From NCBI GenBank assembly GCA_000388065.2, contig KB932213.1: a stretch of DNA of 43,143 nt; one strand, written 5' to 3'. Below the pieces are notes generated by a model, which was not told the origin of the DNA, ran no database searches, and saw only the letters and a program-made list of their open reading frames with translations. The DNA comes from Fonticula alba ATCC 38817. Taxonomy: Eukaryota > Protista > Nucleariida. Within the stretch, counting starts at the first letter, position 1; each line of letters begins with the position of its first letter. A program made the position numbers and the translations under genes. Positions 22,940-35,074 of the stretch are shown in pieces.

Positions 22940-23556
22940 ATCCCCCCTCGGGGCCCGGGGGCGGGCAGAGGCCGGTCGTCGGGCCGTGCATTTTCCTTCG
23001 GGAAGCCCCATGGTCCGTGGCTGGGAAGGGGGTTGCTGGCCGTGTCGTGTGTCCCCCCCCCTTTCATGGGCCGGGGGTCTGTGGTGTAGATGCATGCCGG
23101 GCTTTTGCTCGGTTGCCATGCCGGACGGGGGGAACGCGCGGGGCAGAGCCGAGGGAATGACCAACATTGGTAGTAGATTGTTAGAACAATAAAGCGACAG
23201 CATAGTCCTCTACCGGTGGCACTCCGCCGTGAGTGCCACCGCACCCCGTGTCCGTGCTCCTCCTTCCGCACAGGATCTCCTCCGGCCGGAGGGACCCGGT
23301 TTGTGAGCCCCTGGCTGTTGGCACATTTTGGCACGCAACTCCAGCCATGGAGTTCGCCCGCACCCCCCGAGCCAGCGCATCGCGTGTCCTTCGGAAGGCG
23401 CGGGAAGCGCGGGGGGGTGCCTCGCGGCCCAGTTTACGCTGGGACGCCCGGCGTGGTGCGCCCGTTGCACCCCGATCAAGCGTCTCCCAGACCCGGGGGG
23501 CCCATGCTGTCTGGCATGCGAAAAGCCCTGCTTGAAGGTATCCTTCTCGTGTGTTA

Positions 23557-23700
23557 GAGTGCGTGCGAGTGCGGGCGAGTGCGTGCGAGTGCGTGCGAGT
23601 GCGTGCGAGTGCGGGCGAGCGCGGATGTGCCTGGGTGTGCCTGGGTGTGCGCGGATGTGCCCGGGTGTGCACCTGTGCCCGGGTGTGCACCTGTGCCGCG
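23557..23700. repeat. Compound 10-bp tandem repeats (GAGTGCGTGC about 7 copies, then CTGGGTGTGC/CCGGGTGTGC-type units)
   Basis: The GAGTGCG(T/G)GC unit recurs every 10 nt from 23557 to 23617, followed by related GTGC-containing units. It lies about 240 bp upstream of gene D. Confidence 0.85.
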
Positions 23701-23935
23701 GAACCCCTGTACGCATGTGCGCCTGTGTGCCGGCCACGCCCGGCCCCCGGCCTGCCGCTGCCGCCGCCATCGAGTCGAAACGGGCTACAGCCACCAGGCC
23801 CCCGGGCAGGCGGGACATGCTGACGGTTGATAAGGCCGGTCGATGCGCCGCCTGCACCTCAGCCAGGCTGCCTCTGCTCAGCCTCCCTCCTCCGAATGCC
23901 CCTCCTCCCCGGTCTTCTTTGCTGCCGGTCTCACG

Positions 23936-26900
23936 ATGGCTCTTCCCCGATGCAAGGCGTCGGCCAGGAGTCTCTCGTGGACTCTTGCATTGTTGCTTTT
24001 GCTTCTCTCTGTCTGCATGCCATGTGGCCCGGGCGCTGTCGGTGCCCAGCTCGCCGAGCAAATCGGCGGATCACTCTTTTGGATGCAGTCACCAGGGGAC
24101 ATTTACCCAAGATCGGAAGGCCATGTAGGTCGGCTCGTGTCGGGTCAGCCATCTATGTGGTACACTGTCACACCCTCACGATGGCGCGCCTCCCGACATC
24201 AGATCGACCTGGACACATTCAAGGACATCCGGCATGGATTCTTTTTCCCCAGGACCAGTGAAAACCCCCTGACTGGTGATATGTCCGGTGTGCCGGCCAG
24301 CCCGACCCGCGGTCCCTTGGCTCTCCCCTCGAGCCGCTGGGATCCGCTGTTCCTTTGGCAGCATGGGAGCCAAATTATTTTGTCCACCACAGGCCAGAGC
24401 TACCCCTACTCGGGGCTCAATGGCATGCAAGTCACCCTGCTGGCCGGCCAGGCCATCGGCGTCCATGAGGCCACGGCCCTGGTGCTTCTGGGCTCCGGCA
24501 CCACGGCCACCGCCCGGACGCTCAGCTGGCTGGGGGGAGATTGGTCCGCCCAGTCGCACGCCGTCAGCCAGCCCGTTGGCCTGGGTGTGTCCGGCCTGCC
24601 GGGGAGCTTTCTCCTGGCAACGACCACGGGCTGGTCCTGCCTTCGCCCGGGGAAGGCCCCGGTTGTCCGATCGCTCAACGAACGTCCGACCTCTCTGGTG
24701 GCCACGCGCTTTCTGACCTCGGACCCGGGGCTGATGGACCTCGTCGTGGTCACCGCCAGCCGGCTGCGTGTTTACATCGGCCTCAGTCCGGTGACCTGTG
24801 TGGCGGTGGACGTGCTCGAATCCTCGGCCCTGCCGGCCGATCGCCGGCCGCTGACGACGCACTTCGTCCCGGCGATCCAGGACATGTCCCGTCCCACGGG
24901 CTTCCTGCTCCTTGGCCGTGGAGTGGATGCCCTCTGGCGAGTCAGCTATCTACCGGGGCCGAATGGACCTGCTGATGGGCAGTTCATTTGGCAGCCTTTC
25001 CTGCTGAATTATGCGTCCTTCTTCGATCCTCAAAGCAACTATCCCCCCAACATCGCCAGCTTGAACCTCGGCTCAAGGTGGCAAGAGCACTGGGTCTACA
25101 CTTACGGCAGGCAGACTTTCCTGCTTAGAGAACAGTTCGCATGCAAGACCGATGCCTCGATTGAGTGCTCTGGTCAGAAACCAAGTTGGCGTTGTGCGCC
25201 GGGTCGCCGGCTCGCGCCTCTCCGCTCGCCGTTGGAACTGTGTGCCGGGTGCATCGATGGTCTTTATCCCGTGCATTTGGGTCTGGGTCGATGTACGTGA
25301 TTGGCGGTGTCCTGCTATGCGTCGCTCCTAGGTCGTCTTACTCACACGCACCTCTTCGTCAAGATGACTGCCGGCCGTGCTCGGTGCCAGGCTGTCGGGT
25401 GTGCTCCGACGGCGGGGGATCGTGCACTTCCTGCCACCGTGGATTACTCCTGTGGCGGGACCCTGCCGGCGGGGCGGATACCTGCACGGCCGGCTGCCCT
25501 GACGGCAGCCGCGCATCCGGCCAGGTGTGCGTCGCCTCGGCCCACGTCCCAATGGACATTGATATCACCCCGCTGTCCCACCGGCCGGAGGGGGCCTATG
25601 CTGTGACAACGTGCCCCACGCGCACGTATCTGCGAAGCGGGCGCCTCCATGTGTCGAAGGCGTCACTGACGGCCGCCGAGCCAGGGGCCCTTCTCGCGGG
25701 CATGAGCTCCGGAGCGGTGAGCATGCTGAATGTCGACGCCCTGCGCCAGGATCCGGCGTCCATGTTGGACCATGTGCCGGTCAGCAACTTGCCCAACTTC
25801 TCGGGCGTCCGACAGATCATCGAATTGGATCCATCCATCCGGCAGGGCAATGTGCAGATCAACATCGTTGTTATCGCCAGCCGAGTGCACCATCTGGCTC
25901 TGTCCTGCACGCTACCCGATGTGGGTCCCCATGCCGAGTGCGAGGTGGATATCGTGTCCAAGGAACTGGCGGGCTTGGCTGCGACGACCCCGGCGAGGAA
26001 GGTGGCCCCTTCGGTGGTGGCCTTTGACGGGCACGTGGTTGACTTCCAGGAGGCCGAGCAACAGCCCGTATCGCGCGCTCTCTCGGAAGGTCGAAGCAAA
26101 CACCCTGCCATGGTGATGCATCGCGATCCAGCGACCGGGCATTCGGATGACTGGATTTATCAGTATGATCATCGGTATTGGGGGCTTTATGCCTGTCCGT
26201 GGAAACTATTCCGTCAAGGCGACGCCCGATGCCAGCTCGAGGACCCGCGCTTCCTGCTCTACAATGCAGTGAGCATGTCGGCCCCCCCTTCCGGTGAGGG
26301 CATTCACCCACTTCGGGGGTCTGAGGGCGTGTCTGCCGTCGATGTCAAGCCAGACCGCAGCTGGGTGCTCATTTCGCTGGCGACAGGCTCCCGGTCGCCG
26401 CATCTCCCCTCGGAGGATGTCGTGCATGCGGGCACCCTGCATGAGGGTGGGCGCTTCTTTTGGGCAGCTGAGCATGTTCGCCTGGGCCTGCAGGCACAGG
26501 GCCGCACGCGTGACATCGCCGGCATGGGCATGGTTCTGGCCGAACTGCCGAATTACAACTTCGGCAACTTTGCCATGTGGGGCGTCACCCTGCACGGGGT
26601 GGTGGGATATCCGAGCGCGCTGGTGGTGGTCTTCAACCAGATGGTGGGTGTGTCGCTGATGCATTGCCCTGTCGGCGGCCTTGGACAGTGTCGGCTGGAG
26701 CCGGGACGAATTTCCTCCTTCCACCCTTCGGTGGGCTTTTCCTCGCCCCAGCAGGTCCTGGTGGCCCCGGCCCCTGGCACGTGGACCATGCACGAGGGCA
26801 GGCCGGCGGCGGTGACGCTGCTGCTTTTCGAGCGCGGCCCAAAGGCCCGGCATGGGCTTCTGGTGCGCGTGGGGCTTGGTGCCTGTCCGGCGGGTACATT

Positions 26901-29900
26901 CGGGCCGAGCTGCATTCCCTGCGATGCCCGGTGCCAGACATGTTCCGGTCCCGGGCCGGGGGGGTGCATCGTGCCGCGATGTGGCGCCTTCATGCCCTCG
27001 GATCCGACCACCTGCCTGGCTGCCTGTCCGGCGGGCCTCCATGCCGGGGCAGACGGCTCGTGCAGGTGCCATGAGCAGTGTGCGGCTTGCGGCCGAACGG
27101 CGCACGACTCGTTCGTGTGCAATGTCTGCCCGCCCGGCATGGCCCTGGACCGGGCGCAGCCCCAGGGGGACCGGTGCTTCGCCTGCCACCCCTCCTGCGG
27201 GGAATGCTCGACACCGGCCAGCGCTTCGGGGTGCCTCTCGTGCTCGGGCCCAGGCATGCTCCTGCGTCCGGATGGCACCTGTGGGTCTTCCTGTCCGGCA
27301 GGGACCTGGGCCGATGCGCATACCGGGACGTGTGACCCGTGCATGCCTAACTGCGCCACTTGCACGGGTCCCAGCTCGTGCGGCACGTGTCAAGGGGGGT
27401 ATCTGCTGGAGCCGATATCCGGCTGGTGTATCGCCTGTGCCGATCAGTGTGCCCGGTGCTCAGGCCGCCTGGACGCCTTTCTCGAATGTCGCACAGGATA
27501 CCGTTGGCTCAGCGGGGCGCCGCCCTCTGAAGCTGGGACGCCGGGAACCTGTGTGGCTTGTCCGAGGGGCTGCGCCGATTGCCATGGGAATGGCCAGTGT
27601 GTGTCTTGTGAATCAAACCACATTTTCCAAGCGTCGACGCGCAGCTGCGTCTACGTCTCTCCGCCTGGCTGCGACACATTCAAAGCAAATGGCCTCTGTG
27701 ATCGCTGTATGATGGGGTTTTATTTGGACGCCTCTGCGAATGAATGCAGATCAAGTTGCCCTGCGGGGATGTCGGCCGATGCCGAGCGTGCGACTTGCCA
27801 GCCCTGCCATGCAAGCTGCGCCGAATGCAAGGCACCCGGGGACCCGGGGGCCTGTACATCCTGCGCCGGGGGTAGGGCGCTGCAACCGGACGGCCGAACC
27901 TGTGCGGACACCTGCCCGCGGGGATTCCTCCGGGAAGGGGCCGCCTGCCGGGCGTGCGGCAGCAAGTGCCTGGCCTGCTCGAGGGCTGGCGAGTGTGACG
28001 AATGCCAGCCGGGGCATTACAGCTCGTCGGCGGGCGCCTGCCTGCCCTGCCATGGCTCCTGCGCGACATGTACACAGGCAAGCGCCTGCGACACGTGCCA
28101 CCTGGGCTTGGTGTTCCTGTCCTCGGACCCGGCGATGCCCTCGCTGTGTGGGAGTGTCTGCCCGGCGGGGGAGCGCCCCGGTGCGGACCGGTGCACCGGC
28201 TGCGATGAGAGCTGCACCGTCTGTGCCTCGGCCCGGGGGGACCTGTGTGAGGTGTGTGCGCCGGGCTACCGCTGGGAGGGCGATCCGCCGCCGGCCGGCG
28301 GGAGTAAGGTGTGCGTGGCCTGTGGCCAGGGCTGTCTCTCGTGCACGGCAAGAAAGTGCTTCAGGTGCACCAGCGGGTGGTTCCTGGGGCCGGGGTCGGT
28401 GTGCGTGGCTGCCTGCCCGGCGGGCATGTATGGCGACCTAGTGGAGCATGCCTGCCGGCCCTGTGATGTCAGCTGTGCCACGTGCAGCGGGCCCTGGGCC
28501 CAGCAGTGCACCTCCTGCGCGGCCAACTTGGAGCACCTCCCAGCAGGGGGCCGGCCCGATGGCCGGGGATCGTGCCGGTCCCTGTGTCCGGAGGGCGAGT
28601 TCCGGGAAATGCCCTCCGGCGTGTGCCAGCCGTGCGACCCGGCCTGCGCGGCGTGCAATGGCCCGACGGATGGGGACTGCTGGCGGTGCAGGGGCGGACT
28701 GCTGCAGGGGGGCGCGTGCGTCCAGGCCTGCGCCGCCGGGCATGTGGCCATGAGCGAGCGGTGCCTGGCCTGCCATGTGTCCTGTGCCGAGTGCTCCGGG
28801 GTGCGCTTTGACCAATGCCTGGGTGCCTGCCCGGCCGGGCTGCTGGCCTTCCCGGCCGGGGCGTCGCCGAAGCAGTGTGTGCCCAGTTGCCCGGGGAACT
28901 TTTTCGCCTCCGACGCCGGGTGCACGGCCTGCCCGGCCGATTGCCAGTATTGCCCGGCCGGGCCGGACACGTGCAGTCGCTGCAGCCGGTCGAAGCTCCT
29001 GTCGAAGGGAGCCTGCGTGAGCGTCTGCCCGGCGGGGTCGCTGGACGACCGGGTCCAGTGCTACACATGTGACGGGTCGTGCGCGACGTGCCACGGCCCG
29101 GGGCCGCAGCACTGTCTGGCCTGCGTGGCCAGCGCGCCCTTGGTGTGGGACAGCACCTGCCATGTGTCCTGCCCCCGGGGGACCTTCCGCCGGGATGCCG
29201 AGTGTGTGCGGTGCTTCGACACGTGCGAGACGTGCTCCGGTCCCGGGCCCGGGGATTGCACCAGCTGCCCGGTGGGCCGGGTGCTGGGCATGGACGGGGC
29301 CTGCTTCGGGGATTGTCCCCCGGGGCAGTATGCCGGGGTGGTGCGTGGCGGCCAGCCGGCCTGTCACCCCTGCTCGGCGACATGCGACCAGTGCCTGGGC
29401 CCGGGGGCGGCCGAGTGCACGGCCTGCCGGCCGGGCCAGCTCCTGGAGGATGGCCGCTGTGTGGGCCGCTGCTCGGCCGGGTACTTCGAGTGTGCCGCGG
29501 ATGCGGGCCGCTGTCGAGCTTGCCCGGCCGGGTGCACCGAGTGCATGCATGACCGGTACCGGGGGCCGGGCTGCGAGGCCGCCTGTGGCGCATGCGCGGC
29601 TGGGTGGGTCCTTTCGCCGCGGACCGGTGTCTGCGAGTCGGCCTGCCCGGCGGGGGAATACCTGCCGGGGCCCGGCGAGTCGCACTGTGCCCCATGCGCA
29701 GGGGCGTGCACGACCTGCCACCATCGGGCAGACCGGTGCACCGGGTGCGCCGATGTGGACCTCTGGCTGTGGGTGGACTCCGGCCGGTGTGCGGGCTCTT
29801 GCCCGGCGCAGGGGTACGCCCCACTGGCCAGGGATGGCGTGTGTCTGCCGTGCGTCGACGGGTGTGAGTACTGCTCGGCGAGCGACGAGCATCCGGGCTG

Positions 29901-31876
29901 CCAGTGGCCGGCCACCGGGGGGCTCAGCTGTCCGCGGGCCGACCGCTGCGATGCCTGTGCCTCGGGGCTGCTGCTGCTGCGGGGGGCCGAGTGCGTGGAG
30001 TCCTGTCCGGTGGGATTCTACGCCGATTGGGAGGCGCCGCGGCCCCTGTGCGCGGCCTGCCATGTCGGCTGCACGTACGCGTGCGTCGGGCCGAGCGAGG
30101 AGGAATGCATTCACCCGGGCGGAGGGGCCGCCAGGATGCGCCTCGGTACGTCCGGCCGGGGTTCTGTTTCTTCTTTTCGCCTTCCCCTCAGCTCGCGCCT
30201 TCTAACTGCCAGGGCCCGCTGGCGCCTGGGCGTGGCCATGCCGTGGGCAGTGCTCGGCCTGGGCATCGGCCTGGGCATGTTGCTGGTGCTGCTGGCGCTG
30301 CTGGCGCTGGGTCTCCTGCTGCGGAGGCGCTCTCGCTCGAAGGCGCCCGCGCAAGCGCCGGTGCGTGGGTTCATCGCTCTATCGTATGCAGCCGCACAGG
30401 GCGCGGGGGGGGGGTGTTCATGAAGGCTGACGGCCATGCTGTCGCTCACACTGGGTACCGTCTGCCGGGCAGCCGGATGAGGGTGCGTTCGAGGGACAGC
30501 CGCGCGCGCGCGCGCGCTGGGGGAAGGGGACACCTGCACATGGCGGCGGGGTACTGACGGGTGTCCGTGTGCCGGGCTCAGATTCCACGGTTCTCAATAC
30601 GATCGTCGGTGCGTCATTGCCGCGCCCCCCCCCCCCCCCGGCCCGGGAGGGGGGGTCGGGCCTGCGCGGGTGTCCTCGCGTGCGCGACTCTTCTTTCAAG
30701 GCCCTCTGACCTCGGCCAAATGTGGCATATGACCGCACGGGGGGATGCGCGCAGAGATGTCCCTGCCGGGGGCCATGCTCGTGAGCATGACACACGATGT
30801 TGTGGCCCTGGACGAGGACCACCTCGGGTCCGGGGCCCAGGCGGCGGTGTTCGCCGCGCGGGTCGTCGGGGCGGGGACGTCCTCGCGCCTCGGCTGCATG
30901 GACACCGTGGCCATCAAGCAGATGAAAGGTGCGTCTCGGGGGGAGGCGGATGGGCGGGTGTCGATCCCAGAGCCGAGGCTGCTGCCTTGGGCGCCTGCTA
31001 ACGGCGCATGTCGCTGCTCCTCTCCAGCGGACCGAATGACACCCCTGCAGGTGACGCTCCTGCAGAATGAAATTGCCCTGATGTGGTGCGTAGTACGGGC
31101 GCGGCGGGGGGGGGGGGCCACTTGCCTCGGGAGGGGGCGTCCTCTGACCGGGCCCGGTGCCCTTGCATCGCAGGCTGCTGCGGGAGCACGCGCACATCGT
31201 GCGGATTTACGGGTACAGCGAGGACCCGCCGGCCATCGTGATGGAGCGCTTTGAGGGGGACCTGGCGGGGCTGCTCCACTCGGACCTGTGGCTGGGCCTG
31301 GGCGCGCTGCTGGACCTGGGCTTGCAGTGGGCCACCGGGCTGGAGGCCATGCATGCGAATGGGATTGCCCACTGCGACTTGAAGCCGGGCAATGTTTTCG
31401 TCCGGCGCGGGGCCGATGGGGCGCGCTGGTATGCGGCGCTCGGGGACCTGGGCACCAGCCGGAATTTGAATGCCGACCGGGCGTCGGCCCTTGTGACCGC
31501 GGCGCCGGAGCTCAATGCCCTGACGGCGCGGTACGCGGCGCCGGAGGTCTTGCAGGCCTTCCAGCGCCGGCATGCCCTCCGGGCCGAGCACTACCTGCCC
31601 TCGGACATGTACAGCGCGGGCATCCTCCTGTGGGAGACCATCTCGCGCAGGGTCCCCTGGGAGGGGCTGCGCTTTGGTGGCATCGCGGGGGCCGTGGCGG
31701 CCGGCGATCGGCCGGCCCTTTACCATGCCACGGACCCGGTGGCCCAGGAGGACTCGGCCCTGGGCCGGGGCCTGGCCGACGAGCTGTCCCGACTCTGGTC
31801 AGAGGACCCGGTGAACCGGTCCTCCGCGTCGCACCTGCGGCACCTGTTGGCGGAGCTGGCCGCGACCCTGGCCTAG
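23936..31876 (+). CDS. Gene D: single-pass receptor kinase of about 2420-2441 aa, paralogue of gene C
   Basis: Exons 23936-25292, 25364-30360 (possibly minus a 63-nt intron at 30150-30212), 30473-30482, 30582-30608, 30755-30928, 31028-31085, 31174-31876; 7326 nt, in frame. Signal peptide WTLALLLLLLSVC. CxxC repeats at about 26880-30110. TM AVLGLGIGLGMLLVLLALLALGLLL is followed by RRR. Kinase motifs GSGAQAAV, VAIK, NEI, HCDLKPGN, DLG, YAAPE, DMYSAG align with gene C across every junction. Confidence 0.88.
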
Positions 31877-34800
31877 GGGTGGGGCCCGCCGGTGGGTCCT
31901 GCGCGCCGGGCTCGGGGCGGCCTGCCGGCGCTTGTGCTTTGGGGCCGCCGCGCTTGCCCGATGCGCCAGGGGCGCTCTCGAGGGCGGGCACAGCTCGACC
32001 GGCGCCATGACGGCCCCGGCGGCCGTCCGCTGATGCCCCATCGGACTTTCGGGCGCCGACCCGGTGCAGATACACGCGCGTGTCGGATGTCTTCGGTGTG
32101 GCCTCGCGGCCAACTTGGCGGGGGGTGGATCTCCCCCGGGCGGGCAGGGCGGCCATTTGCGGCGGGAGAGTCGCCTGTGCCCGGGGAGGCTCGGCCGCAC
32201 GCCGCTGCCCGGTGGGGCGATGCGGTGGATTGGGCGGAAGGGCGACGCCGTCCGGGCCGGCGGCTGGTCAGGCGGTTATGCGCCAGCATCAGGCAGGGCG
32301 GAATAGGCGGGTATGTGTGCTGCTGCGGGCGCCGGAGGCGGGGCATGGACAGGCTGTGGGGTGGCCCCTGGCCAAGAAGGCCGGCTCTTGGCCCCCCACG
32401 ACAGGGCACTTGGTTGGCCGCATGGCCCTGGGGAGGATGCCTGGATGTGGGGGAATGCGCTCGGCGTGTCCGATGGGATGGGGTAAGCCCCGGCCTGTGG
32501 GACAGCCGACGGGCCAGGCAGCCGGCCGGGGAGCTCGATTTCGAAGAAGAGGCCCCGCCCCCGGGGTGGGGCTTGCCCGTCGGGAAAGGAAGGCCCCCTC
32601 TCTCCGGGGCCATTTCCGTTCGGCGCCGGGGCGTGGCATTTGGCAGGCGGCTTGCTGGTGGCCTGCGCGGGGGCCTGAGCGGCGTCTCGGCTGCCTGCCG
32701 AGGATGGATGCCGGGGGGTTGTGCGACCCGGGAGATGCGCCGGCACCAGGCACCCGTAGAAAGGGCATGGGGGCAACAGGCCGAGCAGCCTGGCGGCGCA
32801 TGCGCAGGGGAGGGGCCGGGGCAGAGGACCGGTCTCACTTGGGGGGTACCTGTGTGCAGGGTTGTCTGGGCGCATGTTCCGGCGGGGCTCGCCCCCCTAT
32901 GGTCTTGTAGCGCTGCATCCTCCTTGGCCGGGGCGGCACGGCGCGCCGGGGAGGCCGGCATCTGCAGGGGCGCCCGATGACATCGAGCATTTTGGAAGGT
33001 GCCCGGTGGAGAAGGCGGCGGCTATGGTGCCACGGTCCTCCGGGGGTGGGTGTGGGTGCCACCACTCCCCTAACGAGGAGCTCGAGATTGGCGAGGCAAG
33101 CATGGCGAGGCGCCCACCGGCGAGGGGGGTATCCCCGGCCCGAGCCGCCGGGACTGGCCGGCGCTCTGATGGGCGGCTTTATGGAGCCCCAGGTCGAGGG
33201 GCCAAGAGTGAAGGCGCATGGATGCGCTGGGTTGCCATCCAACCACGGTGCTGGGAGGCTCACGGCCTGGCCGGGCAGCGGCCCCTTCCCGGGGGAGGAA
33301 GGCAGGAGACGCATGTCTGATATTGACGGCGGCCGGGTGCGGCACGCATGTCGCCGAGCAAGCGGCGGTGCCAGCCAGTCCCCGATGCGCATACCCGGGA
33401 CAGGTGGCCTGGACGAGAGACGTGTGGCAAGTGACGCTGCTATGGCCTGATGCCGTGCCTGGCCCATGGAGGTCCCGGCGCCCGGGCCATGCGGGCCAGC
33501 CTGGCGGTGGCGGGGCTCGGACGCGTTGACCGCGAGTCCTTCTTGCCCGTCTGTCGCACCCATGAGGCCGCAAGCGACTGATGAGAGCCATCCTGCGTCG
33601 TACGCTCCCTTGGGGTGCTCGCGAACAAGCCTCGGCGTCCGAGCGGGGGGGACCTATCGATTCCCGGGGGCATGGCAGGTACCTTGCTGCAGCGTATGAG
33701 CGATGACGAGGTCCACATGTGCGGGGGGATGGGCCTTCTCTTTGGGGGTGCCTCTCGGACGGGAAGAGACTCGCCACCTGGCGAGGCAGGGGGATGCCCC
33801 TCTATGGATGAGGAGACAGCGGTCCTGGCGGCGGTGCCGGCGACGGCTTTCACGGAAGCCGGCCCCCTTCCCGTCTGGCCACGGGGCGGCAGGCCACTCT
33901 TGGAGAGGCGATCCGAACACGCTTCATGACGGGCTGTGCCGCGGCGAACACCTGACCAGGCTGGCCGGGCGCCAGTCAGAAGGATCCACCTCGGGCGGGG
34001 CCTCCGCAGGGGGCGGCCACAGCCGCGGAGCTGTCCGGGTGTCCGGGCCATGGCGGGGCTACCGGGAGTTGTTTCTGGAGGTGGGGAAGCGCTTCGGTCC
34101 ATGGGGTCCCCTGGTGCGAAGGCCTCTCGGGATGACAATGCCCTTGGCTGTGAGGGGCCGGGTGTGAGTCCGGGAGGTCGATGTGCCGATTGCCGGGCGC
34201 CCCGGGGGGAAGCGGGCGATGGCGGATCGAGCGTCGGGCGCATTTCCAACGAGTCGGCGGGGCGTCATCCCTGGCACGGAAGGCGAGTCGGCTGGGGGAC
34301 GATGGGCGACGCGGGGCCGGGTGCCAAAGGTGGCATCGACGGAGCCCACGCTTTGCCGAGGCGAAAATGTAAGGTAGTGGCATGGGACGCTTGGGCAGCT
34401 GGGGGAATGCTCAACGATTGTAGGAGGGATTGCCGTCAGCCAGGGTAGTGATATGGGCAGAGATCAGTAGCGCCTGGGGGAAAAGAAAAGGCCGGCAGGC
34501 GATCTGTGTGTGTGTTTCGAGTGGCGCGCGGCACATTCAGGGACCAGCTTACCCCGTGTTTGGGCGGCCCATGGCAGAGTCCGAGCCAATGTGAGCATGC
34601 GCAGTGAGCGAAGGGCGGTCCTCCGCCCGGGCGCTGTGGCTTTGCGGGGCCGAAGAGGGGAGGATGCACTGCTTTGCGATTGGTCATGAGGGGGCAGCCA
34701 CTTGGCAAGGCAAGGGGGCAATAAGGATCGGCTCTGGTCGGTGTTCGATGTCGCCGGGTGCTGCAGACTGTTGGTGAACCACGGAGGCCGGCCACTCTCA

Positions 34801-35001
34801 CTGCGGGGGGGGGGGGGGGGCCATGTCTTGATGTGATCTTTTTTTGCTCTCTCGCGCCCTCTTGATCGCCTCATGGCCGAGGGGCGATGGCACCGGTTTG
34901 CCAGGCGGGGGCAGGCCCGGACAGCGAGGTGGAGGTGGGCGGCATAAAGATGGCACGCGGTCAGAAAAATATCCCCGCGGGAGACGGTGCTCCATCCGCC
35001 A

Positions 35002-35074
35002 GGGGGCGTAGCTCAAATGGTAGAGCGGCCGCTTAGCATGCGGCAGGCAGGGGGATCGATACCCTCCGCCTCCA
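35002..35074 (+). tRNA. tRNA-Ala(AGC): tRNA-Ala, anticodon AGC
   Basis: Acceptor GGGGGCG/CGCCTCC with the G3:U70 alanine identity pair. Anticodon stem GCCGC/GCGGC with loop TT-AGC-AT. The ATCGATA T-loop (A54) is typical of eukaryotic tRNA-Ala(AGC). Confidence 0.95.
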
